Part shown: positions 1 to 19,821 of the stretch, one piece after another
Position numbering within the stretch: the stretch's first letter is position 1
Layout: each line of letters starts with the position of its first letter
Assembly (NCBI RefSeq): GCF_009914755.1
Contig: NC_060943.1
Origin: the human T2T-CHM13v2.0 reference genome, Homo sapiens
Length of the DNA stretch: 64,000 bases
Reading direction: 5' to 3' (one strand)
Notes under the pieces: model-generated
The model's database searches: none
Seen by the model: the letters and a program-made list of their open reading frames with translations, nothing else
Told to the model about the DNA's origin: nothing
Made by a program: the position numbers and the translations under genes

Positions 1-975
1 CTCCTGTAATCCTAGCACGTTGTGAGGCCGAGGTGGAGCATCACTTGAGCCCAGGAGTCTGAGGCTGCAGTGAGCTATGATCGTGCAACTGTACTCTAGC
101 CTGGGCCATAGAGTGAGACCCTGTCTCTAAACAAATAAATAAATAGGCTGGGTGTGGTGGCTCACGCCTATAATCCCAGCACTTTGGGAGGCCGAGGCAG
201 GCGGATCACCTGAGGTCAGGAGTTCGAGACCAGCCTGGCCAACATGGTGAAATCCCGCCTCTAGTAAAAATACAAAAATTAGCCGGGTATGGTGGTGGGT
301 GCCTGTAATCTCACCTGCTTGGGAGGCTGAGGCAGGAGAATCACTTGAACCCAGGAGGCGGAGGTTGCAGTGAGCCGAGATCATGCCACTTCACTCCAGC
401 CTGAGCGACCGAGTGACTCCGTCTCAAAAATAAACAAACAGGATAGACAGCGTAAACCCTGATGAACACTAGAATTTCAGACAATCCTACTGCCCTGAAG
501 GCTGGGCCCAACAGACACATTTCACAGATGGAAATCTTGGGAAGGGCCAAAGCAAGAACCCCTGGCCACCCCCTGGAAGACCTAAGCCTTAAAGCCCCTG
601 GCCCATACCCTCTGCACCTCACCACATTGATGTCAGCCTAAGCTGACATCAGTGGATGAAAAAGTGATGAAAAAGTGACTTTTAGGCTGGGCGCGGTGGG
701 TCATGCCTGTAATCTCAGCACTTTGGGAGGCTGAGGTGCATGGATCACCAGAGGTCAGAAGTTCGAGACTAGCCTGGCCAACAAGGTGAAACCCTGTCTC
801 TAGTAAAAATGCAAAATTTAGCCGGGTGTGGTGGTGTGCACCTGTAATCCCAGCTACTCGAGAGGCTGAGACAGGAGAATCACTAGAACCTCAGAGGTGG
901 AGGCTGCAGTGAGCCATGAAATGCACCACTGCCCTCCAGCGTGGGCGACAGAGTGAGACTCTGTCTCAAAAGAAA
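1..975 (+). mobile_element. Alu cluster (partial monomer 1-145, AluS 146-440, AluS 685-975)
   Basis: Alu consensus motifs and A-tails. Confidence 0.95.
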
Positions 976-1899
976 ATTTTTAAAAAGGACTTTAAAATCA
1001 AACAGCCTAGATTGCACATGTGTGATATTGGTGGGTCTCCAGCCCCTGCCTCCATCCTGAGAAGCATCCTTTTTGGGGAATTTCCTGATGGGTAGAGTCT
1101 TGGCAGGAGGGCGATCCCCCTTGCCTCCCTCTCACTGCCCTTTCACACGACAAAGACCAGGGTGGGCTCCAACCTGACTCTGCCACTGCCTGGTCTACCA
1201 CATGGCAGGGGTGAGAGCAGGGCCCAGCCAATCCGATGCCTGCTTCCAGGGCTGCAGGTCTTAAGCCAGAGATGCCAGGAGGAAGGGAACCTCTCCTGGG
1301 AGGTTGGGTTTCTCTGGTTTATCATAACTCTTGAGGCTCAGAGAGGAAAGTGACCTGTGTGAGCTCACACAGAGGCATGTGGCAGGGCCATCGCTTGAAG
1401 CTGGCACTGGAAGGCCCTGGACTCAGCACCTCGGGCACCTACAGCGAGGGCATCACGAATGTCCATGTGACCCAGAGCACGGCTCCAGCCACTCCCTCCT
1501 GGAGGCAAAACAGAGAACAGAGAGGCTGAGTACCCCTTGGCTGCAAGGTGTCCCTGTCTCAGAAGCATCAGGGGCAGCCCCAAACCCCCACCCCCGAGTT
1601 GGCTCAGTCAGCTCCAGGACAGATCTCAGAGGTCCTCACTCTGCAGCTCAGCCAGCCCTTGCCTGATGGGCCCCGCGCCAGTCCAGCCCTTGCAAAGGGA
1701 AAGCCGGAACATATTTTAGTGTGAGCCCCTTGTTGAGATGAGGGCTGACCACAGGCCCTGGGAATTCCTGAGAAGATTCCTCTGGGCTCTTTCCAATGGG
1801 AAGCCCTTTTTGTTTGAGATGGCTGGAGTTAGTTCTTGTCACCTGCAACCAAAACCCAGACTGGCATGACTTCAGGATCAGCTGTGCCCAGGATGATCG

Positions 1900-2090
1900 T
1901 GGTTAACATGTCAGCAGCATCTGCTACACGCTAGATGCCCTCCACATTCCTTAGTTAGTTCCCACAAGAGCCCTGGTATTATGTCTCCCACTGCACAGCC
2001 AAGGTTATTGAGGCACAGAGAGGTTAAGAAATGTGTCCAGTGTCACACAGCTAGCAACTCCAGCCATCTGTCCCCAGAGCCTCCATACTT
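1900..2090 (+). mobile_element. MIR
   Basis: Core attgaggcacagagaggttaagaaatgtgtccagtgtcacacagct. Confidence 0.7.
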
Positions 2091-2559
2091 GAGGAGTAAG
2101 CTGGTCTTGCTTGAGAGAGCACTGTGGTTTCTTGGATCTAAGAGTGGAAGTGGGATGGAAGCTCTGGGTGTGTGCTTTATGGGGAGGTGCATGAAGTGAA
2201 CCCCTCTGCTATGGGGGTGTGTGGGCCTTGGAGGAATCCTGGTCCCGGGTGAGGCAGGAGTGTGTCTTGCTTCTAGGACCACTCCAGGCAGGGCCTCCCT
2301 GGATGCCGCAAGTGCAGTGGGTCTGCCCTGGCCCAGGCCCTCATCACAGCTGAGAAAGCTCTGCAGGGTCACTGTGGGTGCTAGAACAGGCAGCTGGAAT
2401 GCTGCAGTGGGGGAAACAGGGACCACAGGGGTGAGCTCCAGTTTTCCACTGCTTTTTTCAGGGGCCAACTGGTGAGTCCAAGGAGGAGAAGCCAGTGAGC
2501 AGAGGGGCTTCCCCCAGTCCCAGCCAAAGCAGCTCCCCTGGGCCTGCTTTACCTCCTCA

Positions 2560-2850
2560 ACTTCCACAGAGGATCCCATTTGAGCAAAGGACTCTCCTTA
2601 GCTGGCAGGAGGTTAAGTCTGCAGTGGCTGATGGCATCTCTACCACCACTCAGGGACCACCTGCCAGAGAAGGAAGCCACAGCAGAGGAGAACAGAGACC
2701 AAGAAAGGACCTGTCAATACTATTTAAGCCCCTGGATCCAGCCAGGACTGAAGTCCCTGGACTTGCTGATAGCAAGAACCAATCACTTCCTAATGTTATT
2801 TCAGTTGCACTTGAGCTGGTTGATTCATGTTTCTCTTGTTTGTCTCTGAA
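2560..2850 (+). mobile_element. Old MaLR LTR (MLT1J/K-like)
   Basis: tttaagcccctggatccagcc...cctggactt...aaccaat motif typical of MLT1 3' half. Confidence 0.55.
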
Positions 2851-2920
2851 TGGGTCTTGAGGAACATGGGTCTCATACCAGAATAAGTTCCAGCTTCCCC
2901 TGTCTTAAAGAGTCTGCTAT

Positions 2921-3518
2921 GGCCGGGTGCAGTGGCTCACGCCTGTAATCCCAGCACTTTGGGAGGCTGAGGCAGGCGTATAGCCTGAGGTCAGGAGTTC
3001 CAGACCACCCTGGCCAACATGGTGAAATCCCTTCTCTACTAAACATACAGAAAATTAGCCAGGCATGGCGGCTCAGGCCTGTAATTCCACCTACTCAGGA
3101 AGCTAAGGCAGGAGAATCACTTGAATTTAGGAGGTGGAGGTTGCAGTGAGCTGAGCCTGGGCGACAGAGTGAGACTCCATCTAAAAAAAAAAAGAAAAAA
3201 AAAAAAAAGAGCTGGGAGTGGTGGCTCACGCCTGTAATCCCAGCACTTTGGGAGGCCAAGATGGGTGGATCACCTGAGGTCGGGAGTTTGAGACCAGCCT
3301 GACCAACATGGCGAAACCCCATCTCTAATAAAAATACAAAAATTAGCCGGGCGTGGTGGGGTGCATCTGTAATCCCAGCTACTCAGGAGACTGAGGCAGG
3401 AGAATCGCTTGAATCCAGGAGGCGGAGATTGCAGTGAGCCGAGAGCGCGCCACTACACTCCAGCCTGGGCGACAGAGCGAGATTTCGTCTCAAAAAAAAA
3501 AGAAAAAGAAAAAGAAGA
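2921..3518 (+). mobile_element. Two tandem AluS elements
   Basis: Alu consensus; flanking aaagagtctgct-like TSD. Confidence 0.95.
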
Positions 3519-4171
3519 AAGTCTGCTGCTATCATACTAGACAGAGAAATTCCAACACCTCTGGAGGGGCTGCCCTTCCTTAGTCCGATTAGGAGAAGAA
3601 ATGGCAGCTGGCACTCAACCACCACACTCCCCTGAGGCTACTCCAGGGGCAGATGTCAAGGACCAGAGGCCACCGGTTCTGCGAGGGGCAGGGTGGAGGG
3701 TGTGGGTGGAGGTATGAACCACCATGAATCTCAGAACTCTGCAGTCGGGGCCGCGGCAGCACCACTCTTGTTCTCCCAGCCTGGGGGTCCTCTCCCACCG
3801 CAGCACCTCCTCCTGTTGTTCTCCACCCAGCAGCCTGGGGGAGCTGCCAACAGAAGCCAACCCCATCTCTCCTTGCTCAGAACCAGCCAGCAGCTTCTCG
3901 TGCACCTTAGGTGTGTGTGCCTCGGCCCCAGCCTGGCCTCTCCACTCTCCCCTCTGCCCTCAGCTCCAGCCTCTCTGGCCTTTTCTCTCATTGTAGGACA
4001 AGCCTGGCTTGCTCTGCCCAAAACTTGCAGTGCACGAGGGCTGCTGGCCCCTCTTCTTCCTCCAGGCTCAGCCCCAAAGTCACCTCCCCCAGACCAGCCC
4101 TTCCTCTCCCTTTGCAGCAACAACGACCTCTCCCTTTATTACCTGCTTTTCCCCACTGGAAGGGAAGACCT

Positions 4172-4645
4172 GGGCCGGGCATAGTGGGTCATGCCCATAA
4201 TCCCAACACTTTGGGAGGCCGAGATGGGCAGATCACCTGAGGTCAGGAGTTTGAGACCAGCCTAGCCAACATGGTGAAACCCCATCTCTAGTAAAAATAC
4301 AAAAATTATCCAGGTGTGGTGGTGGGTGCCTGTAATCCCACCTACTCAAGAGGCTGAGGCAGGAGAATCACTTGAACCCAGGAGGCAGAGGTTGCAGTGA
4401 GCCAAGATTGTGCTACTGCACTCCAGCCTGAGCGACAGAGAGAGACTCCATCTTAAAAAAAAAAAAAAGAAAAAAGCTGGGTATGGTGAGGAGCACCTAT
4501 AGTTCCAGCTACTCAAAAGGCTGAAGCAGGAGGATCACTTGAGCCCAGGAGTTTGAGGCTGCAGTGAGCTATGATGGTGCCAGTCCACTCCAGCCTTGGT
4601 GAAAGAGTGAGACCAAAGAGAGAGAAAGAAAGAGAGAGAAAGAGA
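4172..4645 (+). mobile_element. AluS plus following Alu right monomer
   Basis: Alu consensus. Confidence 0.9.
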
Positions 4646-6266
4646 AGACCTTAGCACTGCTATGACCCCGGTCTGTGGAAGAGGATCCTATACAGTGTCC
4701 ACTCAACAAACACTTGTGGAATGAATGAATGAGGGAGTGAAGGAATGAATGAATGAATAATAATGGGCATGGCCTCTAATGTCTTGCCAATGAATTCCCT
4801 CCCCTCCTGGCCACCCACACCTCATCTCCACCACACAAAACTCACCCTCTTCATCCTTCTTCCAGAAAATGTCCAGCACCCATGATCGGGGGCCTTTCTT
4901 ACTTCCCCAAAGTGCTCTCTGCTCACGCCAGAAATCATCCCAGGAGGACCAGCCCCAGCCCGTCCTGGCTGCCCCAAGTGATGCCGGGCTCCAGCAGGTG
5001 CTGTTCCAAGGAGCAGTGGCCCAGCAGAATGGTGGGTTTGTTGTTTTTTTGTTTTTTTTTTTTTCATATGAGGGAAAAATTAGCCTTCCTTACCAGACAA
5101 GAATGACAATTTACAGAAAACTATGCCTTGAATTCATAATCTGTAATGAGCGGAAATGGTATTCCATAGTAATCCATCCCAACTGACTCGCTATTGTACA
5201 CGCACCTGCTAACATTTTTTAAGCTGGGACTTTATGGAAAGGACATTTTGATTGCTTCTGAAGTTTGCTGAGCAATTCCCCCTCTCTCTCAGGCATACGG
5301 TCTTTGTGCTGGAAATTTCCCTCGTGGCTCCATGCGCGGACTGGCAGACGGGCACGTGGGCCCACACGCGGGCAGCACACACGCAGCCGCAGCCCCCTCA
5401 TTGGCATGGCTCTAGTGGGGGCCTCTGCAGGTGCCGGGCTACAGAGATGGAAGCGGGGAGAGTGGAATCACAGTTGGCACCTGTGCCGAGCTTGCCTGAG
5501 GAGCTGCACACTGCGGTGCCTGGCGGAATCGGAGATGCTTTCCAGCACTGGAGGGCAGGGACGGAGCACGGGACCGGGAAGGACAAGGGCTTGGGTTGGG
5601 TCGCCCCTGGGGCCATTGGGGCCTGGCTTGTGGCACCCGAGCACCAGGATGTGGGAAGGCTGGGTGTGCAAGGACAGGTCTCACGCCCACCCCCTCAAAC
5701 GCCTGGGTTTTGCTCATACGGAAGTCACTCTAGGCCCCAATTGGCAGCCGCCCCACTCAGTCCCCAGCTCGGGCCTCCAGCCCAGCACTGACACAAACAG
5801 GTGGTGGACAGCTTGCTCTGCATGGCCCCTACAGACTGAGAGCCCCCTGAGGCAGGACCAAGGCTGCCAACGTGCGCCTGGGCCTTGCCCAGCTCTGGCA
5901 TGCAGTAGGTGAAGGCAGTGCCTCCAGTCGGAGCCAGGGTCCTGGTGGAGGCTCTGCCTCCAGGCAGTGGGTCCGGCACACTGATACTCAGCCCCTGCAG
6001 CCTGTGGCTCCCCAGGGCATGTTCTCGTGGCCTCACAGACACTGAGGTTCAGAGATCACGGAGCCGTGAGTCTTTCTTTCCACTGCAGGACCTGTTGTGG
6101 TCCACGCCATCAGGAAAGTGGTAGTCAGGGCAGTCTATAACCCAGCAACGACACGGGGATACGAGAAGCTGGGCACGTGACGTCCACTGAGGCTGTCTCT
6201 GTGGGAACGAGTATTTAGGAACATTCAAAGTGGCAAGCAGTAGGGTGGTGACTCAAGAAGCTGTGG

Positions 6267-6687
<421 letters not shown>

Positions 6688-6734
6688 TTAAATAAAGTTA
6701 GGTGTGTGTGCGCATACACACAATGTGACCCCAC

Positions 6735-7075
<341 letters not shown>

Positions 7076-7625
7076 CCCCCACTTATTTTTTAGAATCTTA
7101 TGAAACGACACCATATGTCATGATTAGGTGCATCCACATGTGTGTGAGTACACACACACGTCCATCCACATACAAACATGTAAGATATGTGGAGGACGCC
7201 ATGGCAGGGAGCAACGCACACTATCCACACATCCTCCTCTGGGGGCGAGAGGTGGGTCTGGAGCTGGCAATAAAGTAGCGCTTGGGCCTTATCTGTCATG
7301 TTGGAATTCTTCTTCTTATAATGAGGATGTATTCATGCATGCTTCTGTAATTAAAAACTAATAATCCTTTTAAAAGAAAGGAAATGCTAGGAGGCTGGCT
7401 TCTGCCCTCACGTACCTGATCACAGTGATATGGGACGGTCCACTCAACCCGGACCTTCATGAAATCCTCCTGATTATTTCTGTTCGTACACTCCTTCATT
7501 CATTCGACAGGTGCCATCCGCCTGTCATTCATTCATTCAGCAAGGACTCACTGAACACCTGCTCAGGCTCCGGCTGCAGCCATGAACACGACAGACAAGG
7601 TCCCTGTCCCAGGAGTTCACATTCG

Positions 7626-7834
7626 TGTGTGTGTGTGTGTGCAGGCGCGCATGTGTGTGTGCACGTGTGTGTCTGTGTGTGTATCTGTGTGTGTCTGTAT
7701 GTGCATCTGTGTGTGTCTGTATGTGTGTGTGTGTCTGTATGTGTGCACATGTGTGTCTGTGTGTGTATCTGTGTGTCCATATGTGTTTCTGTGTGTGTCT
7801 GTCTGTGTGTCTCTGTGTGTGTGTCTGTGTGTGT
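7626..7834. repeat. Imperfect (TG)n microsatellite, ~210 bp
   Basis: Visible TG/TC/TA dinucleotide run. Confidence 0.97.
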
Positions 7835-8344
7835 GGGTCTTCCATGGCCCCACAGGACTCCTGGAGAGAGAAGAGAGGAACATTGGGCAGTGGCTGTCCT
7901 TCACCCTTGGGCTGAAGGTGTGGGGAGAAGAGGGGACTGTAAATAGGCTGCCCCTGAGTGTGCAGAAATCACATATTGGCCAGAAGATGTAATGACAGGG
8001 GTCTTCAGGCCCAGCTCAAATGCCCCCTCTTCTTGGGAGCTCTGCCTAGAACCCCCACTCCAGCCACTGGCCACACGGGACCCTCAGCCGAGCTTCCCAG
8101 CACAATAATGTTCTGCTAGTAGCTCCAGGTTGGACTCACAGACTGGCAACCGGCAGGCCATGAGCAGGCTACTGAGATATTTTGCCATGTTTGCCTGGTG
8201 GGTTACCTAGCCCACTTCACTTCCTGCCAGCACTTGGGTTTGTAGGCCCCGCTTCATAGTACACCTGGATGTGCATTTGTCTGATTCCCCACCCCTAATC
8301 TTGCTTGCTGTGTCACAGTCACTCAGGGCCAGTCTATTCCCAGT

Positions 8345-8920
8345 AGGTGGCTGGATGGGTGGCTGGATGAATGGATAAATGGGTGGGTGGGAGGATGGAT
8401 AGATGGATGAATGAGTGGTAGATAGATTGATGGGTGTGTGGACAGACAGAAAGATGGATAGATGGGCAGGTGGGTGGATAGGTGGATGGGTGGATGGGTG
8501 GAAGGATGGATGAATGGATGGGTGGATGGATGAGTGGATCATTGGGTGGGAGGATGAATGGATGGATGAATGGGTGGGTGGGTAAATGGACAGATGGGTG
8601 GATAAATGAGTGGATGGGTGGGTGTGGGTGGGTTGTTGAGTGAATGGATTGGTGAGTGGGTGGATGGATAGATGGGTGGATGTTTGGATGGATGGATGGG
8701 TAGATGAGTGAATGGATGGATGGATGGAAGGGTGGGTAGATGGATGGATGGATGGATGGATGGATGGATGGATGGATGGACGGATGGATAGATGAATGAA
8801 TGGATGGGTGGATGGAAGTGTGGGTAGATGGGTGGATAGGTGGGTGGGTGGGTGAATGGGTGGATAGATGGATTGGTGGGTGGATGGGTGAGTGATTAGA
8901 TGGATGGATGGACAGATGAA
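8345..8920. repeat. Degenerate (TGGA)n/(TGGG)n simple repeat, ~575 bp
   Basis: Visible tetranucleotide array. Confidence 0.97.
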
Positions 8921-9599
8921 CCAAATAAAATAGAGGGAATAAACTGTTACTCAGGTGTTAAGCCCCTATGCACCAGGAATCTTGAGGATGCAGGGAGATG
9001 ATGAGAAAGAGTTGGAGTGGGGGACATCTCCTTCTCTTTATTAATAAGAAGAATATGTTATAAGCTGAATGAGCCAACAGATAGTTGCTGTGCACCTATG
9101 TGTGTCCCGCACCGTAAGTGGATGTGGAAGACCATAAGAGAAGGAGGAAAAGATAAATAAAGAGAACACAGCAGGGAAAGGGGAGGAGAAAGAAAAGGCA
9201 AAGCCCAAGGCTGTTGAGACAGGATGGTGGAGCTGAGGGTAGCCACCAGCAGCCTGGAAGGGCAGCTGAAGAGGAGAGTGGCTGCAGGAGGGAGGGCAGG
9301 GCCTGGGGACACTCCGCCCTTCCCACAACCACCTGCAGCCCCTCTGCTTTGGAGAACTAAGTCTTGGGATGCCCAACCAGGAGTGAGTCATTTTTTGTCT
9401 CTCGGGGACAGCCTGTGTCACCCAAAGGCCCAGAATCTGGGGTAGAGACACGGGTCTCAATGTCAAGGGGATCACCAACCCTGTTGGAACTTCCCCCGGC
9501 CTAGTACCAGCCCCCTAAACCTGTGAGCCATGACAATTCTTCTCAAAGATAGCTCAAATACCCACCCCTGGGGAGGGTCCTGAAGCTCATGAATTTACC

Positions 9600-10720
<1,121 letters not shown>

Positions 10721-10734
10721 AAGGCATCAGGACC

Positions 10735-10925
10735 CTCCTATGAGACCAGCTTGGGCAACATGGTGAGACCTTGCTACAAAAAATAAAAATTGGCTGGATG
10801 TGGTGGTGTGCGCCTTTAGTCCCAGCTGCTCAGGAGGCTGAGGTGGGAGGATCGCTTCAGCCCAAAAGGTAGAAGCTGCAGTGAGCCATGACAGTGCAGC
10901 CTTGTCTCAAAAAATAATAATAATA
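10735..10925 (+). mobile_element. Partial AluJ
   Basis: Alu consensus. Confidence 0.85.
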
Positions 10926-11952
10926 AAGATTGCAAAGGGAGAAATAGGAAAGATACGATTTTTTTTTTTATTTTAAGCCCAGAATAATTCTGACCAAATC
11001 AATAAAGAGGACTCGGGTCATGCCCCCCAGGAGAACCCTGTGTATTTGCTAGCATCAGAAGTCATGGACCAGATCACCTGGACCTCAGAGCAACAGGACA
11101 CTAAGTCAGTGTCTGAGGGAGGGTGGATATACGCCATGGCATCCAGAAGAGAGGAGGGAGGACAGCTCCCTGGAGGAGGTGGCATTTGAGCTGGCCCTAA
11201 ATCTAATGTTGACAGAAGAATGTGGACAGATGCACACGTCAGGAAAGACAACAGCAGAAGAAAGGGGAGGAGGTGAGAGTCCCCAGAGTCATCTGGCTCC
11301 CAAGAAGCACAGGGTGGGTGCAGGGGTGGGTTAGGGACTCGGGATCCTGCCAGGGTAAACATCTGCCCTCTCTAGCCTCACCTGGTCACAGGGAGCAAAC
11401 ACTCAAACCCCGCAGCCCTGGAGCAGCCCAGGAAGGCAGCCTAGCTCTGAATCAGGCGTTGTGCAGAGAGAAAGGGTTTGACTGCGGTCTGAACAAGCTC
11501 TGAGTCTGCAACAGCCCCAGCCTCCTTGGGCCAGTGGAGCCCTTGGCCTTCCAGGCTGGGCCCACCGGCTGCTTCAGCCTGGCCTGGCCGCTTCCAGGGA
11601 CACGAGGTCCCCCATGGCATTGGCACCTCCTTGGTAAATAGCAGATGGGCAGCAAAGCCCCAAGTGGGAAATAGCTCTAGGAATGGAGGCTTCTGTGGGT
11701 CCTTTGCTCTTGGAAACACCTCCTTCCTGCCACCTTCCCCAGTGCCACACGTGGCACCTTGCAGGGCCAGCCAGGAAGTCTCAGCACCCAGTTAGGCCAG
11801 CCCAGCAGCCCTGGCCCAGTGTCCAGCACTAGCTTTTTGAGCAACTTTTACCTCTCTGAGGACTTAGTTTCCCCAACTTAACAGACTGCCCTGGTGCCTC
11901 CTGGGGATGTTTTTGGACACTGAGTAAAATGGTGATAGAAGACTACAGGGAC

Positions 11953-13335
<1,383 letters not shown>

Positions 13336-13424
13336 TTTAAAAGAAAGCCTGCAAACCACTGGATGAATCCAGAATGGGCAATGTCCTACGAGACAACTGG
13401 CCTGAAATTGTCTAAAAGCCTCAT

Positions 13425-15068
<1,644 letters not shown>

Positions 15069-16536
15069 AAGGAAGTCCTCACAGTGGCCCCCTCGGCCAC
15101 CTCCTGGATCCTCCAGTGAGTTTTGGTTATCCACCCCAGGGCCTTGTTCATGCTCTTCCTTCCTTTAAACCCTTCTATTCCCTGTCAACGCCTTCTCATC
15201 TCTTATGTCTCAACTCAAGCCTCACTGCTCAGAGGAGCCTCCTCGACCCCCTCCTCCTCCCTCACAGTCCATCAGGTTCTAAAGACCTCTGTTCCTTCTT
15301 CCAACCGCGTCCTGGCTGGTGGCCTTGAGGACTGCTGGGGTCTCGCTGCGGCTGTGTCTGGAGCTGAAGCGAGATGGCCTGACATCAGTTTCCGTTGTTG
15401 AGGATGGTGTGTGAATCACATCTTGCGCTAGAGAATGGTGCGTCTAAGGCTCAGCACACAGCGATACCTCGGGAAATGTTTGCTGTTATGCGACTCAATA
15501 CCTGGCCTTTGGTGTGGTCGTTTGTCTGGCGTCTCCCTGCCCCACCAGCCTGTGGACTCCATGAGGGCAGGGCAGCCTGGGGTTCCCTGCTCATTCTGGC
15601 CCTGAGCACACTGGAGAGACAGGCAGTGCACATTTTTAAGGAAAATGAAAGACATGGAGTTGGATGAACATAGGGCTGTCTCTGTGTTCAGGGGGCCGGC
15701 ATGACGGTGCAGGAGCAGTGGTCTTTGTCCCTTTAGCTGTTGCCATGTAAATGGGGTTCCCATGGAGTCTCAGACCCACCTGGCTATGGTCTGCAACCTT
15801 TGGCTGTTCTTGCTTAAGGAACAGGAAGATGTGACTTTAGCATGACCCAAACTGCAGGTTTACACGTTGGTCATGTCTGAGTTAATGAAGGGTGGTAGAC
15901 ACAGATATGACCCCCAGGGCCCACCTGCAGGAAGCCCACTGCCATAGCCTCCAGCTGTAGCCCTTCTGGGCCTGCCTCCACTGCAGACAGCTGCCTCGCC
16001 ACAGTCACATCCTGCAAGGTGGCCCCACGCTGTGACTGATGAAGGCGGAGGTCTAAAGGTCATACCACTTTGGCCCAACACAGGACAGCGGTGGTGGCTA
16101 CTCCAGCCCTAGAACGCCCTCCTGCTTCTCACCCCTGCTGATCCCAGGTGTTGACCCCTAGGACACTCTACCACTCATCCTGCACACTGAACTCTGCTTT
16201 CCGGAGACCCCAAATTGCAGCTTGGGGTGTGCCTCCATTCCAGGAGGAGGCAAAGAAGCTCTCGCTCCTAAAGCAGAAAGTTCCACAGCTTCTAGGTATG
16301 CATGAACGCATGTCCTTGATGGTGAGGACAGGGCCCAGCCTTCATATGCCACTTACAATGCAGAATGGCCAGCTGAGCCCTGGGAAGGACGGCTAGGACC
16401 CCAAGTTTTTTTCCTGTCTATGGAAAAGCGTTCCTCCCAGGGTGCCCCTTGTCACTGGTGGCCCTAGATGGTGACTTCCCCTCCCTGGACTTCCACCTGG
16501 CAGAATGATGCCGACATACTCAAGACCACAGAAGTG

Positions 16537-16846
<310 letters not shown>

Positions 16847-17506
16847 ACCGCAGAGGTGAGGGGACAGGAAAGAAAACTAGATCTTCAGTGAGAAGTGACG
16901 TAGACAGGGCACTCCATCTGCAGAGGTGGAGTCCTGAGGAGCAGGAAGCTGTGTTTTCACGTCATGTTTTGCCCAGCTGTCCCTGCCCAAGTCCTTGTCA
17001 GCCTCTACTGGTCCCAAGACCATGGGCCTGCATGCTCATTAGGCCATGGGCAGCCCGCCTTCTCTCTGCTTGCAAACCTATCTGACCCCTGTGTCCATCC
17101 CACCTTGCCCCAACGTTGGCCAAGCCACCATCTTGCCTGGTTTGAACCACTGGTCTCTATGCTTCTGATTTCTGCTTCCTGTGGTCTCCCGCAGCCACAG
17201 AGCAATCTTTCAACAAGTAAATCAGACGAGTCACTCTCCCACTTAAAACTCTCCAAGAGCTTCTAGTAGCATTAGACTAAGATCCAAACTCCTATGACAA
17301 CCCACAGTGCCCCTGCCTGCTCAGCTCTTCCCTCTCACCTCACCCACTCTCCCTCCGTCACTGTGCTCCAGCCTTCCTGCGTTCTGTGATCCCACAAAAC
17401 CTATTCCCTGCTCTGCGCCTGTGTTCATGCCGGGGATACTTTCCCCATAGCTCTCCTTGCTGGATTTTTCTCATGCATCAGGTCTTAGCTCAAATGTCTC
17501 CTCTTA

Positions 17507-18063
17507 GATACCTTAAAGAACTAAAAGTAGAACTGCCATTTGATCCAGCAATCCCGCTACTGGGTATCTACCCAGAGGAAAAGAAGTCATTATATGAAAA
17601 AGATACTTGCACATGCATGTTTATAGCAACACAATTCACAATTGCAAAAATGTGGAACCAGCCCAAATGCCCATCAATCAGCAAGTGGATAAAGAAATTG
17701 TGGTATATATATATATATGATGGAATATTACTCAGCCACAAAAAGAAATGAGTTAATGGCATTTGCAGCAACCTGGATGAGATTGGAGAGTATTATTCTA
17801 AATGAAGTAATTCAGGAATGGAAAACCTAACTTGTATGTTCTCATTCATAAGTGGGAGCTAAGCTATGAGGATGCAAAGGCCTAAGAATGACACAGTGGA
17901 CTTTGGGGACTCAGGGGGAAAGGGTGAGGGGGGGTGAGGGATAAAAGACTACAAACTGGTTCAATGTGTACTGATCCAAAATCTCACAAATCACCACTGA
18001 AGAACTTACTCATGCAACGAAATACCACCTATTCCCCCAAAAACCTATGGAAATAAAAAGAAA
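17507..18063 (+). mobile_element. L1PB-like 3' fragment with 17-bp TSD, inserted in an antisense L2
   Basis: ORF2 C-terminal frame ELKVELPFDPAIPLLGIYP, L1 3'UTR ending cctatggaaataaaa; TSD tcaaatgtctcctYtta at 17490-17506 and 18064-18080. Confidence 0.9.
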
Positions 18064-18094
18064 TCAAATGTCTCCTTTTAAGAGAGGCCTTCCT

Positions 18095-19294
<1,200 letters not shown>

Positions 19295-19796
19295 GAGTTC
19301 TTGTAACTAAGGGAAACATTTTACCTTTTGAATATATTGTTTTACTTCCTTATGACCTGACTGTTCTCCCACCTGACAACAGGTCTCTCCTGCCTTGGTT
19401 CCATCTGTTGCTGGTGGGAGAACAGCCCTTGGCACGGGACAGGAGTTAAGTGAATGTTTGATGGATGAATGAATGGGTGAAGCTGTCCAGCCTCTGCAAG
19501 GACGGGCAGGGCAGGAGGAGCCCGTGGTCCACGCTTTCGAGGGAGTTCTGCAGACAAAGGCGGATGAGGGGCTTCTGTTGTCTTCTGTTTCGCATTCATA
19601 CCATATGGCTTGTTGCACACTGGGCTGAATTGCAGATGCTCTAACTTGGAGCTTCCTTGCTTTTGTGTGTTAATGACATAAAGATAGAACATAGCTCACC
19701 ACACATTTTGTGTTTGCTAACTATCTATATGTATATAAAACAGACTTCAGTGTTACTAGCCAACCCACTTGTGAAGTGGAAGGAAAACAGAGCAAT

Positions 19797-19821
19797 TAGA
19801 GAGAGAGAGAGAGAGAGAGAG
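19797..19821. repeat. (GA)n microsatellite
   Basis: Visible run. Confidence 0.9.

Noticed and set aside
8345-8920. Possible EWS-FLI1 microsatellite enhancer
   Set aside because: Unit is GGAT/GGGT, not GGAA.
7425-8924. CV-, HT- and HPSI-repeat ORFs
   Set aside because: Translations of (TG)n and (TGGA)n simple repeats.
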